Of a DNA stretch of 64,000 bases, positions 13,004 to 26,390 are shown in pieces. Under the pieces are notes generated by a model. The model did no database searches. It was not told the DNA's origin and worked only from the letters and a program-made list of their open reading frames with translations. A program made the translations under genes and the position numbers. The stretch is from Octopus vulgaris (Eukaryota). The stretch is from NCBI GenBank assembly GCA_951406725.2, contig OX597828.1, positions 30,318,001 to 30,382,000 of the forward strand. Reading direction: 5' to 3'. Position 1 is the first letter of the stretch. Every line of letters starts with the position of its first letter.

Positions 13004-14242
13004 GAATTACAACAATATGAAGGATTGCATGATGGGTAAATCTGCTCATAAAATTTCGTTGTTAACTGTATGATATCACTAACTGCTAGCAGTATTTCTT
13101 TACAAAATGGAAAGAGCTCTCCATATTTTATTATTATCGTATCGCTACTCATAGGACATCTCATTCAATTTATCTCTACACGTGATCGTTGATTTTTCAC
13201 TAACGGCAACTATTCCAATTTTAACAAAAAAATCTACTATACCAACTTTCTAAATATTGTTTGCGTCTTATTTCACCAACTAAATATATATTCGAATCAG
13301 CTTGGCACAATTGTAAAGACAGGGATAGTTGTTTACATGTTGTCATTGCGCTATGAGCTGTCTGGGATTGAAGAAATGGAACACCCAACGAACCAAACCA
13401 TTTAGTTAAAGTACAGGGTAACAAGTATGTTGTGAGCGAAAATATACTCTTCGCGCTAATGGTTATTATTATAAAGGCAGGTGAGGAAAGAGAAGAAGTG
13501 AACTCCAAATTTAAATTGAATATTATTGAATAGATATGTGCTATGGAAACTAAATCTTAATTTTAGTATCTGCTGCAATAAATTCGGGTTGGTTTCAAAC
13601 TCATTAGATCACTACATGAATGTATAGTCTAAAACGTTTGGTTTGAAGAAGAAAAGGAGAACATAGGTTTTTGTAAGAACAATATCTGCAATGAAGTATT
13701 GCTCCACATCTTGATGTGGATTATACCTACGTGCTTGGTCATTCTAGTTCGCATCCAGTGACAATTCACACGAGTGATTAACATAAAATTGATCACAGAA
13801 CACTCCTACTCTAAGACACAGATAAGCTATCCTCCTTTCCTCGCACTCACACACATTATCTCTCTCTATCTCTCTCACTCTCTCTTCTCATACTACTATA
13901 ATGGCATTTGTTAATGGTTGCTGGGCTGTCAGTTACCTCTTTGATGCATACTCATTACACAAAATCGTGTTGTGTGCAATACGTTTGGCTGTCATTAACC
14001 GCTATTCGTTGACTTTAATCCCCAAAACGTTGCATCGCTAGGACCTTCTCCCTTTTATATATCGTTCTTGTATTTTTCGACTTGCAACAGCTGGAGCAAA
14101 ATTTTAACATATTGTATAGTAAATTGCAGGTTAACACACATAATTTCATGTATCATCATATGTGTAGTTGAATGTACCAAACAACGTACACATTTTAAGA
14201 ACTTTTTAACTGTTACTTTTCTCTTCTGGTGTTTATCTCCAG

Positions 14243-14411
14243 CATCCTGATTACATTTTCAATAAATATTGTAGAAGAATAAGTTCCCCCAAGTTACTAT
14301 TCACAGTGAGCTTCAAATACTGTATATATCCATATGATGATGAGAATTCAACGTTGATACCTGCTTCTGAATATACGTGTTACTAAGCATTCCAACGACC
14401 GTGCAAACATG
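14243..14411 (+). other. Candidate 5' exon ending in the start codon
   Basis: Pyrimidine-rich acceptor TTTTCTCTTCTGGTGTTTATCTCCAG ending at 14242; CAAAC-ATG (14409-14411) followed at once by the consensus donor GTAAGT (14412-14417). Confidence 0.4.
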
Positions 14412-15039
14412 GTAAGTCTCAAGTAACATCAACGTTACAAAACTGCAGCTTTTAAATCACAGATACACTGCACAATTCTTTCTTGTTTAATGCTTCCTCC
14501 CAAAATTCATTCATAAGTTATGTCAGTCTGAGTTTACTGAACACAACACTTGTACAAGCTATCGACGATCGACCAGCAAATATGCTTTTGAAGCAAACTT
14601 TTATAAACATCGTGTCATTAAGATACTACTTGCAGCTACATGCATTATTTTTCATATATATATTTTTATGCATCTAACACTTTATTTTTAAAGAATTTTT
14701 AAAGATAGAATTAATAGGCTTAAATATATATAGTACAAAGGTTGATTTGTAATGCCTTAAAACTTGTGCATACAGCAGATGAGAAACGAAATGGCGCACG
14801 ATATGTAATAATTAGTGAACGCTAGGTGAGTGTAAGAGGCTTCAATAGTAATGCACTCATTAAGCAAGAATTATACATTCTGCGCGCGCACACACACACG
14901 CTCACACGTACACACACACTCAAATATACATGTATAGATACATATGTGTGCGCATGTGTTTGTGTGTGTATATATATATATGTGTGTGTATATATATATA
15001 TATATATTTATATATATTCGTATATACATTTATATATAT

Positions 15040-15790
15040 TATGACGCGAAACTCTATAACCCATTGCTTGACCTTCCCTTCCTTCCTTGTCTTCCTCTAT
15101 CTCTCTCTCTCTCACTCCTCCTCATCTCTCTCACAGCCGGGCGACTACTTCCTATCGCTTGCGGCCTCCTTACAGTGAAGACACGTTCTTCCTGCGCTCT
15201 TAAGAATCTTTCCTCGTCTAGGCCAAAAAAAGGCCCTCATTGTTTGTTTTCTTGTTTGTTTTTATTTCTTGTACTGTTTTTTTTGTAATTGTATTTTTAT
15301 TTTGTATTTTATTTTGTATTTTATTTTGTATTTTAATTTGTAATTTTATTTGTATCGTTTTTACGTTCTGTTTTTGTCACATTTTTTCTTTCCTTGTTTT
15401 TACCCCTCTGCGAAGTAATTTTATTTAATTCTTTCGCAGGAAGGGCTAGTTCGACGAGTCGTGTTCTGTCCTCACCTTCGAAACACGCATGGAGTCATAC
15501 TAGGGACAGCTGATGTAGGGGAATTTTCCTTGTGTTGTTTGTCTTGTACTCTGTTTTTTCGTTGTTAAAAAAAGGTCCGTTTCAATGTTGGTTTTTACGT
15601 TTTCGTTTCTCTTGAGTTCTACGTCTATTTGTGGTGTCCTGTACTCACGTATACATATATTTATATATGCATGTATATATACATGTAGATGTAGATACGT
15701 ACATATATGTATGTATGCATATATTTTATTTATTACACTATTGTATGACTAAGCGCCCTCGCGTCGTTTCGTTTCGTTTCCTCCAAGTAA
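15040..15790. repeat. Microsatellite-bounded interspersed repeat of unknown class
   Basis: A block with higher-GC segments and an internal (TTTTATTTTGTA)n run, bounded by TA/TG arrays. Single copy in the window; recognised from memory only. Confidence 0.4.
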
Positions 15791-15916
15791 GTTTATATAT
15801 ACATATATATATATATACACGTGCATATATATATATTTATATATGTATATATACATGTATATATATAGACACATGTATATATATATATATATATAAATGT
15901 ATATATATATATAAAT

Positions 15917-15961
<45 letters not shown>

Positions 15962-17684
15962 CATATATACGTATATAGATGTATATATATGTATGTGTAT
16001 ATATCTATATATAAGTGAATACTACATATGTACATATTTACTTAGCTATATGTCTATCTACTTGTGTCTTTGTTTCTGTGTACTTGTGTGCGCTTGTAAA
16101 TATGTATATCAAAATAAACAGACACCGAGAACAAGACCTAAATAAAACACTTGAATGAAGGTACTTCTAACCTCGTATAAAGAAAAGCATAAACTACGTT
16201 GCTGTCTTGTTATAATTTCATTAATTATTATCGATATGCGGTTTGTTTATAATTACGAAAAGACAAATGCGCGTCTACTTCACTTCCATTATTTTTATTT
16301 TGTATTTCCATATCAAATTAGTTATTTCATTTCGATTTTTATATTAAATTTCATTATACGACTTTTGTTAAGATTTGTGTATCAACTTTTGCCATTATCC
16401 GTTTAATTACAACGCATCGTACGCTTTTTTATATTATAATTATACAGTCCTAGGTCTCTGTTTAAGGCTTGATTGCTCATACTGAAGGAAATAAACATTT
16501 ATCACCATCCAAGAGGAGAAAGAGGAAAAGGTTTTTCATTCCTTTTTTTTCTTTTTTATAGAAATGTACAATGGTAATAGAAAATGAAAACAGAGATTAC
16601 AAGAACGTGACAAATAGTGTCAGAAAATTATTAGGCTTCTAATGTTATGTACGTGATTTTATTTTCGTTCTTTACTGTTATTTTCTTTTGCACTCCTGCT
16701 TTTCCTTTAAATTTAAAGATCTCTATTGCATATTCATTATTTATTTTTGAGAGTTGTTACACCATTTTTTTTAACATTGCAAATGTAATAATACATTACC
16801 AAATTTCTTGGAGTGTTCGCTTCCGCAGAAGAACTCATTTGTCATTTCTCAGTGACACATGCCTTTTTTACTTCTTCATTATGCCCCTAGTTTCCCGAAA
16901 ATATAGCGTGTGAGTAACCGATCAAACTATCAGTAAATCTTCTTACTCATAAAATCGGTAATAAAATCACCCACACGTCTGATAAATAACATTTAGATAC
17001 AGCATGTCAAGACTGAATTACAGTCCCCCAAATATATCAACAATAGTAGATATTTTAAGAAATAAAGTTATCGGTTCACAAACTCAGCAAGCTCTTGTCT
17101 AGTTTCGGAAAGAGTTTTTTCATACAAATCCATTGGAGGTCTTGTAATATAATTTGTAGGCAATATTATGATCATATGGAATTTAATTCCACAGCCATTT
17201 TTGGAATGAAAGTATTTTTATGATATTAAAAGAGTATATTCTATTAAAGTCTTCCTTGTTTAAATAACATAATATTGCATCATGGTAATGTTTCTACTTA
17301 TTTTATCAAAAAACATGCCAAAGCGTATATTAATATAATGATGTTTTGATAGACTATAACAAAAACATAATTATTTACCGCAACGTAATTAGAATGTTAT
17401 AAGTCAGAACGTGTATTTATATAAAGACTAGCAGTATGTCTAGAAGAGTGAAAATAAATTACAAAATAGAAATCATTCCAGAAAGTTTCATAATTCAATT
17501 TTAATATATATATTTTATAAGAAAGTATAAAATAAGAAATATAACAAATTATTAAGAAAAATATATTGCAGTATGTCTTCTGTATCAAAACTATGGGCAG
17601 ATATCACATACTTTTGCCGTTGAAGAAGCTGTTACTGGTTTAGTACGTAATTCAATTTTTGCCCTATATGGACAATGCTTAAAA

Positions 17685-17876
17685 TTTAGAGTAGGATGCT
17701 AGGCAATTACATTGAATCCACTGCTTTACTGATTCTTATTTTAGCGATTCTGGAAAAATAAAAAGCGATTCTAAGTCGACTTCGGTGAAATTTGAAATCA
17801 GAATATAAAGAACAAGAAGAAATGTCATGAAGCGTTTTGTTCGACGCACAAACGAGTCTATCAGCTTGCTGCTTCT
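17685..17876 (-). mobile_element. SINE family B, old decayed copy
   Basis: AAGTCGACTTCGGTGAAATTTGAAATCAGAA matches the reverse complement of the family B B-box/core. Confidence 0.7.
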
Positions 17877-18133
17877 ACTGGGTAATTAATGAATTATAAA
17901 ATAATTATTACTTTTCATCTCCGCCTTCAGGGACAGAAAATATTCTAATCTTCAACAACCACTATCCAAATAAAGCTTTGATGAGTCCTATAATGAAATA
18001 TGGTTCTTATATTGGATGGTGATGCTCCTAAGCGCACAAAAACCCTTTGTCTCATCCAAATACAGACCAGTCAATATACATCAGCGAATGCTCTACTGTT
18101 GCGCTGTATCCTCTTTCAGCATTATTTATTTCT

Positions 18134-18354
18134 TATTTCTTTATTGCCCACAAGGGAATAAACATAGAGGGTACAAACAAGGACAGACAAAGGGATTAAG
18201 TCGATTACATCGAGCTCAGTGCGTAATTGGTACTTAATTTATCGATCCCGAAAGGATGAAAGGCAAAGTCAAACTCGGTCAGAACGTAACGCCAGACGAA
18301 ATACTGCCAAGCATTTCGCCCGGTGTGCTAACGTTTCTGCCAGCTCGCCGCCTT
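18134..18354 (-). mobile_element. SINE family B (tail type ii)
   Basis: The reverse complement starts AAGGCGGCGAGCTGGCAGAAACGTTAGCACACCGGGCGAAATGC. Possible TSD ATTATTTATTTCT/ATTATCTATTTCT (18121-18133/18359-18371). Confidence 0.9.
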
Positions 18355-18699
18355 ACTAATTATCTATTTCTACTACATTACATTCCACTACTCCAAGTTG
18401 TCGGATCCCGTGCAACATCTTTTCGCATCGTTCCGATTTACCTGCATCTTGTATTGCCAACATGCTTTGTGCCTGGGCAGGATTTTTTTCCTTGCAGCAG
18501 TGTCGACTTTGCAAGTAAATGCATGGCTACGTAAATCTCACTATTTCCCGCGAAGGCCATGAGCTAGAGTACGTATTTCATACAAATCCTATAAGGAATA
18601 TCAAAGAAAATAAACGAAGGATTATGTTATGGAAATTGTTTTCATTCACGTTTCTTTCTAGGAATTGTTCCAATTTTCCTAGTGTAATTGGCATAAGTA

Positions 18700-19125
18700 A
18701 AGGCTGTCCCTAAAGTCACTGATGGGTTTCAATTTTTAGTAACTTCCTTACCTTTCCAAGTAAATGCATGACATTTTGATACAAAAAGAACATAATGGAC
18801 ATTAATATGCACATGCCAAATTTCGCAACACTGTTACATATGAAAAATGACATCGCTTAAATGGAGGCCTTTTTCGGCTACGCACGCCTATGTTCTTTCC
18901 AAAACTTGCACCATAACACCCTCAAGAGTATCAGACTCAACGTCTCTGATTTCCTTATGTTCTCCTTCAGTTGCACCAGGTTCTCCAGTTGTTGACGTAA
19001 GGCCTCTCTTTCAGGTATCTCTACAAGAAAAAAATCCGGGCTAGTCACGTCAGGGGAACGTGAAGGCCATTCAAAGTAGACCTCACACATGGTTCCAACA
19101 AAATGAGAAAACTGGTCAAACCGCA
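18700..19125 (-). mobile_element. Tc1/mariner-superfamily (Tc3/maT-like) transposon 3' remnant
   Basis: ORF 18878-19126 contains WPSRSPDVTSPDFFL, matching the WPPRSPDLTPxDFFLWG motif, followed by LVQLKENIR. A TIR-like end TA|AAGGCTGTCCC lies at 18698-18710. Confidence 0.75.
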
Positions 19126-19816
19126 AGAGAGGCGGGTGTGCTTTCGAGAGAGAATAGTCTCTCGCTACGGCAATGTGAACTGGCCTTGCATATTATGTGA
19201 ATTGGTTGCGGACTTGGTGGTCAAGCCTATATGGAAGAATAATACAAGTCAAGTTACGTAGGGAACAGAGTTAGGGAGATTGAAAAGCACAGTCAAAGAG
19301 GGAGAAAGAGATGGAAAGAGAGAGAGAGACAGAGAGATCAAAAGTAAAGGGGAGACATGACAAAAGTACGCTTAGCTAACAGGGGTTTCTGGATTCGGGA
19401 TATTGATCTAGAAATAAGAAGCATATCGCTCTAAAATCACACCATTCTTATATTAGTAGAAGGTCACATTGGATAAGGAAGTCCAAGATATACTTTCTGT
19501 GAAAACTAAAGTAGAAAATATCATGGCCCGAAGTTCATTCATTATAGGTTTGTTGAGTCAGAGAGGATTAGGATTTAATTGCATAAACATCTTTGATATG
19601 ACACACTGGCCACGAAAAGAGTCACGTGACAAAGAACCAAGAAAATATGATGTTATTTTGTTAGATGTGATTTACGTAGCTGTAATATAATTCTAATACT
19701 AATATTGATTTTTTATATAACGATGTAACATATCATAATAACAATATTAATAAAAATACTTGTATTACCAAGTGATGAATAATAATAATATAGTATACTA
19801 ATATTTGCAATGCTGT

Positions 19817-19895
19817 ATTCTTCTTCTTCTTCTTCTTCTTCTTCTTCTTCTTCTTCTTCTTCTCTTCTTCTTCTTCTTCTTCTTCTCCTCCTTCT
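19817..19895. repeat. (TTC)n microsatellite
   Basis: Visible tandem repeat. Confidence 0.95.
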
Positions 19896-20499
19896 TTTCT
19901 TTATTATTTTACAATGAAAATATTCAATAGAAGAACTTAACACTTGTAGTTTGTCGACAAAGGCTTGCGAAAACCCACTGAATCTAGGAATCTTAATCAT
20001 ATAGATTTAAACCGATACGTTGATACGGTATGCTTGGTATCATATCATATTATATTATATTATATTACAGGAAAAATCAAAACTAAGGCAGAACGAGTAT
20101 CTCAAGTTATTTAGAATAATTTAACTTGAAGTCTTACAACCGTTTGGGAATAACTCCTATATATTGATTTTTCCTTTCAATTAAATGAACTAAAACTAAT
20201 CGCCATGATTAAATATTTTGATTGGACGAACTAATATTTTACTGCCCGGTTTTATACGAGCTCAGCTGGTATATATAACTTCTACATACCTCAAGCCTTA
20301 AGTTCTCAGCAAAATTTAGTCAATGATTTGTTCACTACCTTTCTAAAACAGTTAAATTTCTTTGCATTACATATAATGCGACAGATACGGTTCGCCCGAA
20401 AGAGTGGCAGATTGAACAAGCGTCGTCTGTCATAGCTGCACGCCGATAATTAGCTCGAGAGTGAATTTGGTCAATGACTGCTATGTTGCGGCATGTCAT

Positions 20500-20591
<92 letters not shown>

Positions 20592-20661
20592 ATATGTATG
20601 TATATGCATATATACATACATTTATGTATATATACATATATGTATGTATATGTATATATAC

Positions 20662-21023
20662 ATGACTGCGGCCATGCTGGAGCACCGCCTTCAGTCGAAC
20701 AAATGGATCCAGGACTTATTCTATCAGTCTCTTTTGCCGAACCGCTAATGTTACAGGGACGTAAACACACCACCATCAGTTGTCAAGCGATGTTGTGGAG
20801 TGGGGGGGACAAAATCACACAAACATACACATATACATATATATATACATATCCGACGGGCTTCTTCCACTCACTTCTTCCAAATCCGCTCACACCACTC
20901 ACAAGTTTTGGTCGACCCGAGGCCATAGTCGAAGATACTTGTCCAAGGTTCCACACAGTGGGACTGAACCCTCGACGATGTGGTTGGTAAGCAAGCTACT
21001 TACCGCACAGTCATTCCTGCGCC
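20662..21023 (-). mobile_element. Composite SINE family C
   Basis: The reverse complement begins GGCGCAGGAATGACTGTGCGGTAAGTAGC...GGGTTCAGTCCC (tRNA-like), then an internal microsatellite, then the tail shared with 35915-36045. Confidence 0.9.
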
Positions 21024-21159
21024 TATATACATATATATATATATATATATACATACATATATTTGTGCGTGCGTCTGCGTCTTTCTCCACGTGTGTTTAT
21101 AGCTACGTGTGTACATGTTTGTGAGCGTGTGTGAGTGTGTATGTGTGCATGTGTGTGAG

Positions 21160-21360
21160 TGACTGTGTTTGGCCCCCACTACCAATTAGTAACACATGTT
21201 GCTCTTTTTATATCTTCGAGTAGCTGTTCGGCCGAGGATAAATGATACAATATGTACTAGATATATAAATGGTGCGACTGATTTGTTCGACTAAACCATT
21301 CTACGCAATGTCCTGCATGATCGCTATCCATTGGCTGAAACAAGTAAAGTAAAGTGATAT
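21160..21360 (+). mobile_element. SINE family C tail, decayed
   Basis: GATTTGTTCGACTAAACC...GCTGAAACAAGTAAA, similar to the other family C tails. Confidence 0.65.
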
Positions 21361-23264
21361 AAAAATAAACCTTTTTATGCTGTGCACAGCGGCTTTATAT
21401 GCCGTGGAATAACTACTATTAATTTTGGGAATCGGAAGATGTAATACACAGCGGATTACATAGTGGTGCAAGGAGAAAAATTGTGCTAATTGTATAATAT
21501 TTTTCTATCACGTGGAGTATTTAGAGGTATAAATTTGTTTGTCTGTTTGTTTAATTCACATGGACATAATTTCATAACAAAATGTTTGCCAGCTCTGCAC
21601 TGTCACTGTTTATACGAAATAATTAAATGAAGTGACTTTGTTACTTTGTTACGCCATGGTTATTGCGCATACTGCATACATAACTTAAAAATGTAAAAAT
21701 AACAATCCCTTCTTTAAATGCAAGTGTGTGTGAAAAGTTTTAATGAAAGCGCTTACACTCTAGAAAATAGCTTCTTCCCTAAAAAGGTTAGTAACATCCT
21801 CATAAAGTTTTTCATAATATAAAAAGAAAATTATTTAAAAATCACCTTTACATTTCAAAAACTGTATTAAGCAATCCTCATAGACTTTCTGTTTCTAGAA
21901 TTAAGATTGAATGAATGTGATGATATCGATATCTAAGGTACGTTTGTCCCCAAACAACCCCTATTTGACACTCCCGGATTGAATGGTACTGCACAGGTGT
22001 CGAAAGCATAATGATATCAGTGGGGCAGCTGATGATGGAGGTGCGTTGGTTCGTTGGTATGGCTGGTATTGCATGTGCTGAATAGTTTTATAAGACATCC
22101 ATTTGATATCTATGTATACACACACACACACACATACACACACACATATATATATGTATGTTTGTGTGTATGTATGTACATTTTAAAATATGTACAGTTT
22201 ACGTTATTTGTACGTGTATACATTCCTATCATCGTATGGGTTATATGTGCGTGCATATGTGTAATGTGTTTGTGTTTGGAAGCGATTTTATGCCTTTTGT
22301 TAATATTTTATAACTCCAAAGTCACCAAGCGCACGTTTATGTCATAAGAATTTACCACGTAAGCTATGAGATGAAATCTTATGAATAAATGAAATAACTA
22401 TATCTATTTCAACTGTGCTTAAAGAAAACGAAGTAACATAAACAGTAGACAATAAATTATTTCTTTCGTATGGAATTTTCACTCTAGCAAGTATATATGT
22501 AGATATATCGTTTTACACGTGTACATCCATCGCTATCGACTTGTATCTTCAAACCCAAGTATTATTATTACCGCAGTTATTTACTATTCCTTCTATATAT
22601 GAGCTTGCGCTTGCAAGCACCTCCATTCTTCCTTTGTTCTTACAGGTATATTATCTTCATGCTGAAATAATCCAACATCGTTAGAACTTTATATTTTATT
22701 ATCCTCTCTATGTGGCTCATTACACAGTCCTGAACCAAATTATCACATAATCAAAATACAATCCCATTTATTTAACTTGTTAATTAGTTTAATTAAAACC
22801 CCTATTTTAGAATTCTTCATTTTTTTACGAGTGAAAATATAAGTAATTTCCAAGCTTTGCAGTTACCATATACGTGTGTGATATACTCGTTCCATACGCT
22901 TTTTACATTTTGCCATTCCTTCTGTGTTACATGTTACAACCCAACCATTTGCAAGTAAAACAATTCCTGTTATATATTTGATCGTTTTCACTAATTACTC
23001 TGATGTATGTTTTTTAGATTTTAATTAAAATATACATTACTTATTTAAGAAGCTTCTAACGGCATTGAATAATTTTATTTGTAAAGAAAATTGCAAACTA
23101 GAATTCATACACATTCACCATATATTGTAATTCGGATTTATAAATATAACTGCATACTACTTCCTACTAGAGAAAAATACTGTATAGACTAGTTTCCACA
23201 CGCACTCGCACACATATACATACACAAGCACATAATTACCTAGAAAGTTAAAACAATACTTCTC

Positions 23265-23655
23265 AGGTAGGCGCAGATATGAGCGTGTGATTAAGAGACT
23301 TGCTATGCAGCCATGTACTTCGGACTTCAGTGCTGTTGTTCCATATATTGAACAAATGTTTTCACCTATTGCTATGGACCGACTAATAACTGGAGAGAGA
23401 ATATGGTGGATAGAAATCCTATTGAACTCAGACAATTTTCCGTTTGCTGTGTCTCTATCAAGATATCCGGAAAATATTACCACATTCTTATTTCTTTTAC
23501 TGCATGAATGTATATATAAGGAGCAGCCGTGGTTGTGTGGTAAGAATTTTGCATCCAAATTAATCTCCACGCAGATGTACACTCTGCCATTGTGTCTGAT
23601 ATAGTCTTGAGCCGAGTAAAACTTGGATTTGGTATACGGAAATAAGCCCGTTGTA
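23265..23655 (+). mobile_element. Two decayed SINE family C heads
   Basis: GGCGCAGATATGAGCGTGTGATTAAG at ~23270 and GCCGTGGTTGTGTGGTAAG...GGATTTGGTATACGGAAATAAGCCCGTTGTATAT at 23525-23657. Confidence 0.65.
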
Positions 23656-23710
23656 TATGTATACACACACATACACACACACGCACACACACACGAACAC
23701 ACACACACAT

Positions 23711-23741
<31 letters not shown>

Positions 23742-23927
23742 CACATTGATAGTAGGTGCTGGATTTCGTATTGACTTTTATTAGGTAGAACGTGTGTTTT
23801 CTAAAGCAAATCCAGCGGAAGTGTACCACAACTACGGATGACAACAGGTAGCTTAAACTCTGCTAGAGCTCTAAACAACATTTAAACACACTGATCTAAT
23901 TAGACGTATTTATCTAAGTTTTCAGTT

Positions 23928-23958
<31 letters not shown>

Positions 23959-24315
23959 AATATATATATATATACATACATATATGTATGTATATGTGTA
24001 ATGTGGGAGAACGAATTTTCAAATGAATCACGTACAAACCATTAGCATTACATGCTTCTATATATCGTGCCTTGGGGTCCTGATTATCATGTAATTGCAT
24101 ATATATTTATCTAGACATATTCAAAATATATAATAGAAATTAATGATAATTAAGGATGTATACTTTTCATATCTTGCTGGTGTACTGGTTTTATCTTTAA
24201 AGTATTATTTCTTGATGTGTATAAAGATACCACGAGATTACTTTCAGATATACTCGTTATGTTATTTTTTGCATAATCTGATATAGAATAGCATCATATT
24301 TATATATACACACAG

Positions 24316-24361
<46 letters not shown>

Positions 24362-24872
24362 AATATGTGTATATATAAATATATTTATATATAATATATG
24401 TACTTGTGATTTTTTAATGTTTTTACCCCCCATACCTTCGTGGGTTATTTTGAGTAAACACTATCTGAGAGAAATTTTCTTTAAGTATTAGAAATGGCTA
24501 AAAAATCCTTCTTTTTTTTGGCTGCTATTTCTAATGAGTTCAGTATGTGGCAAAGTAATTTATTTTACTAAGCCCTTTTATACAATGTAATATTTTGAAT
24601 TCGCTTTAAATGGTCCCTTTACATACTGAATACTTGGTGAAATTGATTAATAACTAATTAATTTTACCCTCAATTGTTGAAATTATATATATATATATAT
24701 ATATATATGATTCAGTGAGAGATAGAGGTTGTGATTCCAACCAACTAAGGGATAGTAACTGTCCAATATACTGCCGGTAGTGTACCCAGATATTAATACT
24801 CAAGTGTTGGTTATTGCGTGGCAATTTCACTATTAAGTTTAATAAATGGGCGAGGGTAAGAAGTGATTTACC

Positions 24873-24912
<40 letters not shown>

Positions 24913-24929
24913 GTGTGTGTATGTGCGTG

Positions 24930-25125
24930 TCTTTTCGGTCGGGTTTGTTCCCCACCGCTACTTGTCAAGGGGTATTTGGTTGTTTACTCTTCATACTCTG
25001 GCGGTTCGTCGAAAAGATAAAATAAATACTGGACTTTAATGTGGTACGGTTGTGGATATGTTTAACTAAACTCTTCAAGGTGGTCCATGTCGTCGTCGCA
25101 GTCTAATTACTGAAACAAGTAAAAT
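24930..25125 (+). mobile_element. SINE family C tail
   Basis: GGCGGTTCGTCGAAAAGAT...CGCAGTCTAATTACTGAAACAAGTAAAA matches the other tails. Confidence 0.7.
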
Positions 25126-25676
25126 ATTATGTGTAGATATATATATATATTCATATCGTATTATAGCATGAGGCATTTTTCTCGAGAAAACGGGTCAACG
25201 CCTCACTGTAACAAAATTTAATATTTACAGAAAGTAATTAAATCGTCTGGTGAGCAATTAATAATTGAGAAATTTGCTATTTTTTAAAGCAAGCTTGCCT
25301 GAAAAATTATTATCAAACTTCATTTTTTTCATCATATTTTTCAGTGAGATAATTATTTCAATTTAAGTATTAAATTTATTATTGATTTTTGTTCAACATA
25401 ATTTAAATTTGAAATTAGCATTTTCCCCCAGCTCATAATACATTACATCGTTTCGCAATTACTCTAATGACTTAAATATATTGAACTCTGTTAGAATCTA
25501 CTCGACTTATTTACATTGGTATCAACTTTAAATTATGACTAGATATGGACAGGCATACAGACAAAAGTAAATTTTGAATTGATATTACATGTAAATGTAT
25601 ACACGAAATATTTTTTAAAAGGGTGTTCTTTAAGTTATATTAACACATCACTTTCTTCTCCTTCTCCCGAATATAT

Positions 25677-25707
<31 letters not shown>

Positions 25708-25895
25708 GATCAGAGAAGAAATGGAACAACATATAACAATTAGAAGTTGATCATTAGTATTGAATGATCATAGTTTAGTTATGTTTAAGATAACATTTAC
25801 AGCTGTTTAAATTTATTATTTTTGAGGTAAACTTGTGTTTATCTCGTTCCATGTAACAAATGCCACCAGAATGATTTGAACTTTGCCAGAAGAAT

Positions 25896-26259
25896 GGAAT
25901 GGAAGCACTCCGTCGGTTACGACGAAGAGGGTTCCGGTTGATCCGATCAAGGGAACAGCCTGCTCGTGATATTAACGTGTAAGTGGCTGAGCACTTCACA
26001 GACACGTGTACCCTTAACGTAGTTCTCGAGGATATTCAGCGTGACACAGTGTGACAAGGCCGGCCCTTTGAAATACAGGTACAACAGAAACAGGAAGTAA
26101 TAGTGAGAGAAAGTTGTGGTGAAAGAGTACAGCAGGGATCACCACCATCCCTGCCGGAGCCTCGTGGAGCTTTAGGTGTTTTCGCTCAATAAACACTTAC
26201 ACAACGCCCGGTCTGGGAATCGAAATCGCGATCATACGACCGCGTGTCCGCTGCCCTAA
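25896..26259 (-). mobile_element. SINE family A, near full length, with 10-bp TSD
   Basis: Near-identical to 1-213 where they overlap. Flanked by CCAGAAGAAT at 25886-25895 and 26260-26269. Confidence 0.92.
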
Positions 26260-26390
26260 CCAGAAGAATAAAGACAGGCGATCGAAGGTTGGCAGGAGAA
26301 AAGTGGAAAAGAAAAGGTAACGAAAAGTGAAAAAGGGAAAATGGGAAGAAAGGAAAAGGAAAAGGTTCGTTAGATATGTAGGCTTACATT

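Noticed and set aside
12588-13049. Mucin-like poly-Thr / poly-Val ORFs
   Set aside because: Fully explained by a compound trinucleotide microsatellite.
23157-23744. Longest ORF (195 aa, minus strand)
   Set aside because: It runs antisense through decayed SINE heads and a CA repeat, with no protein motif.
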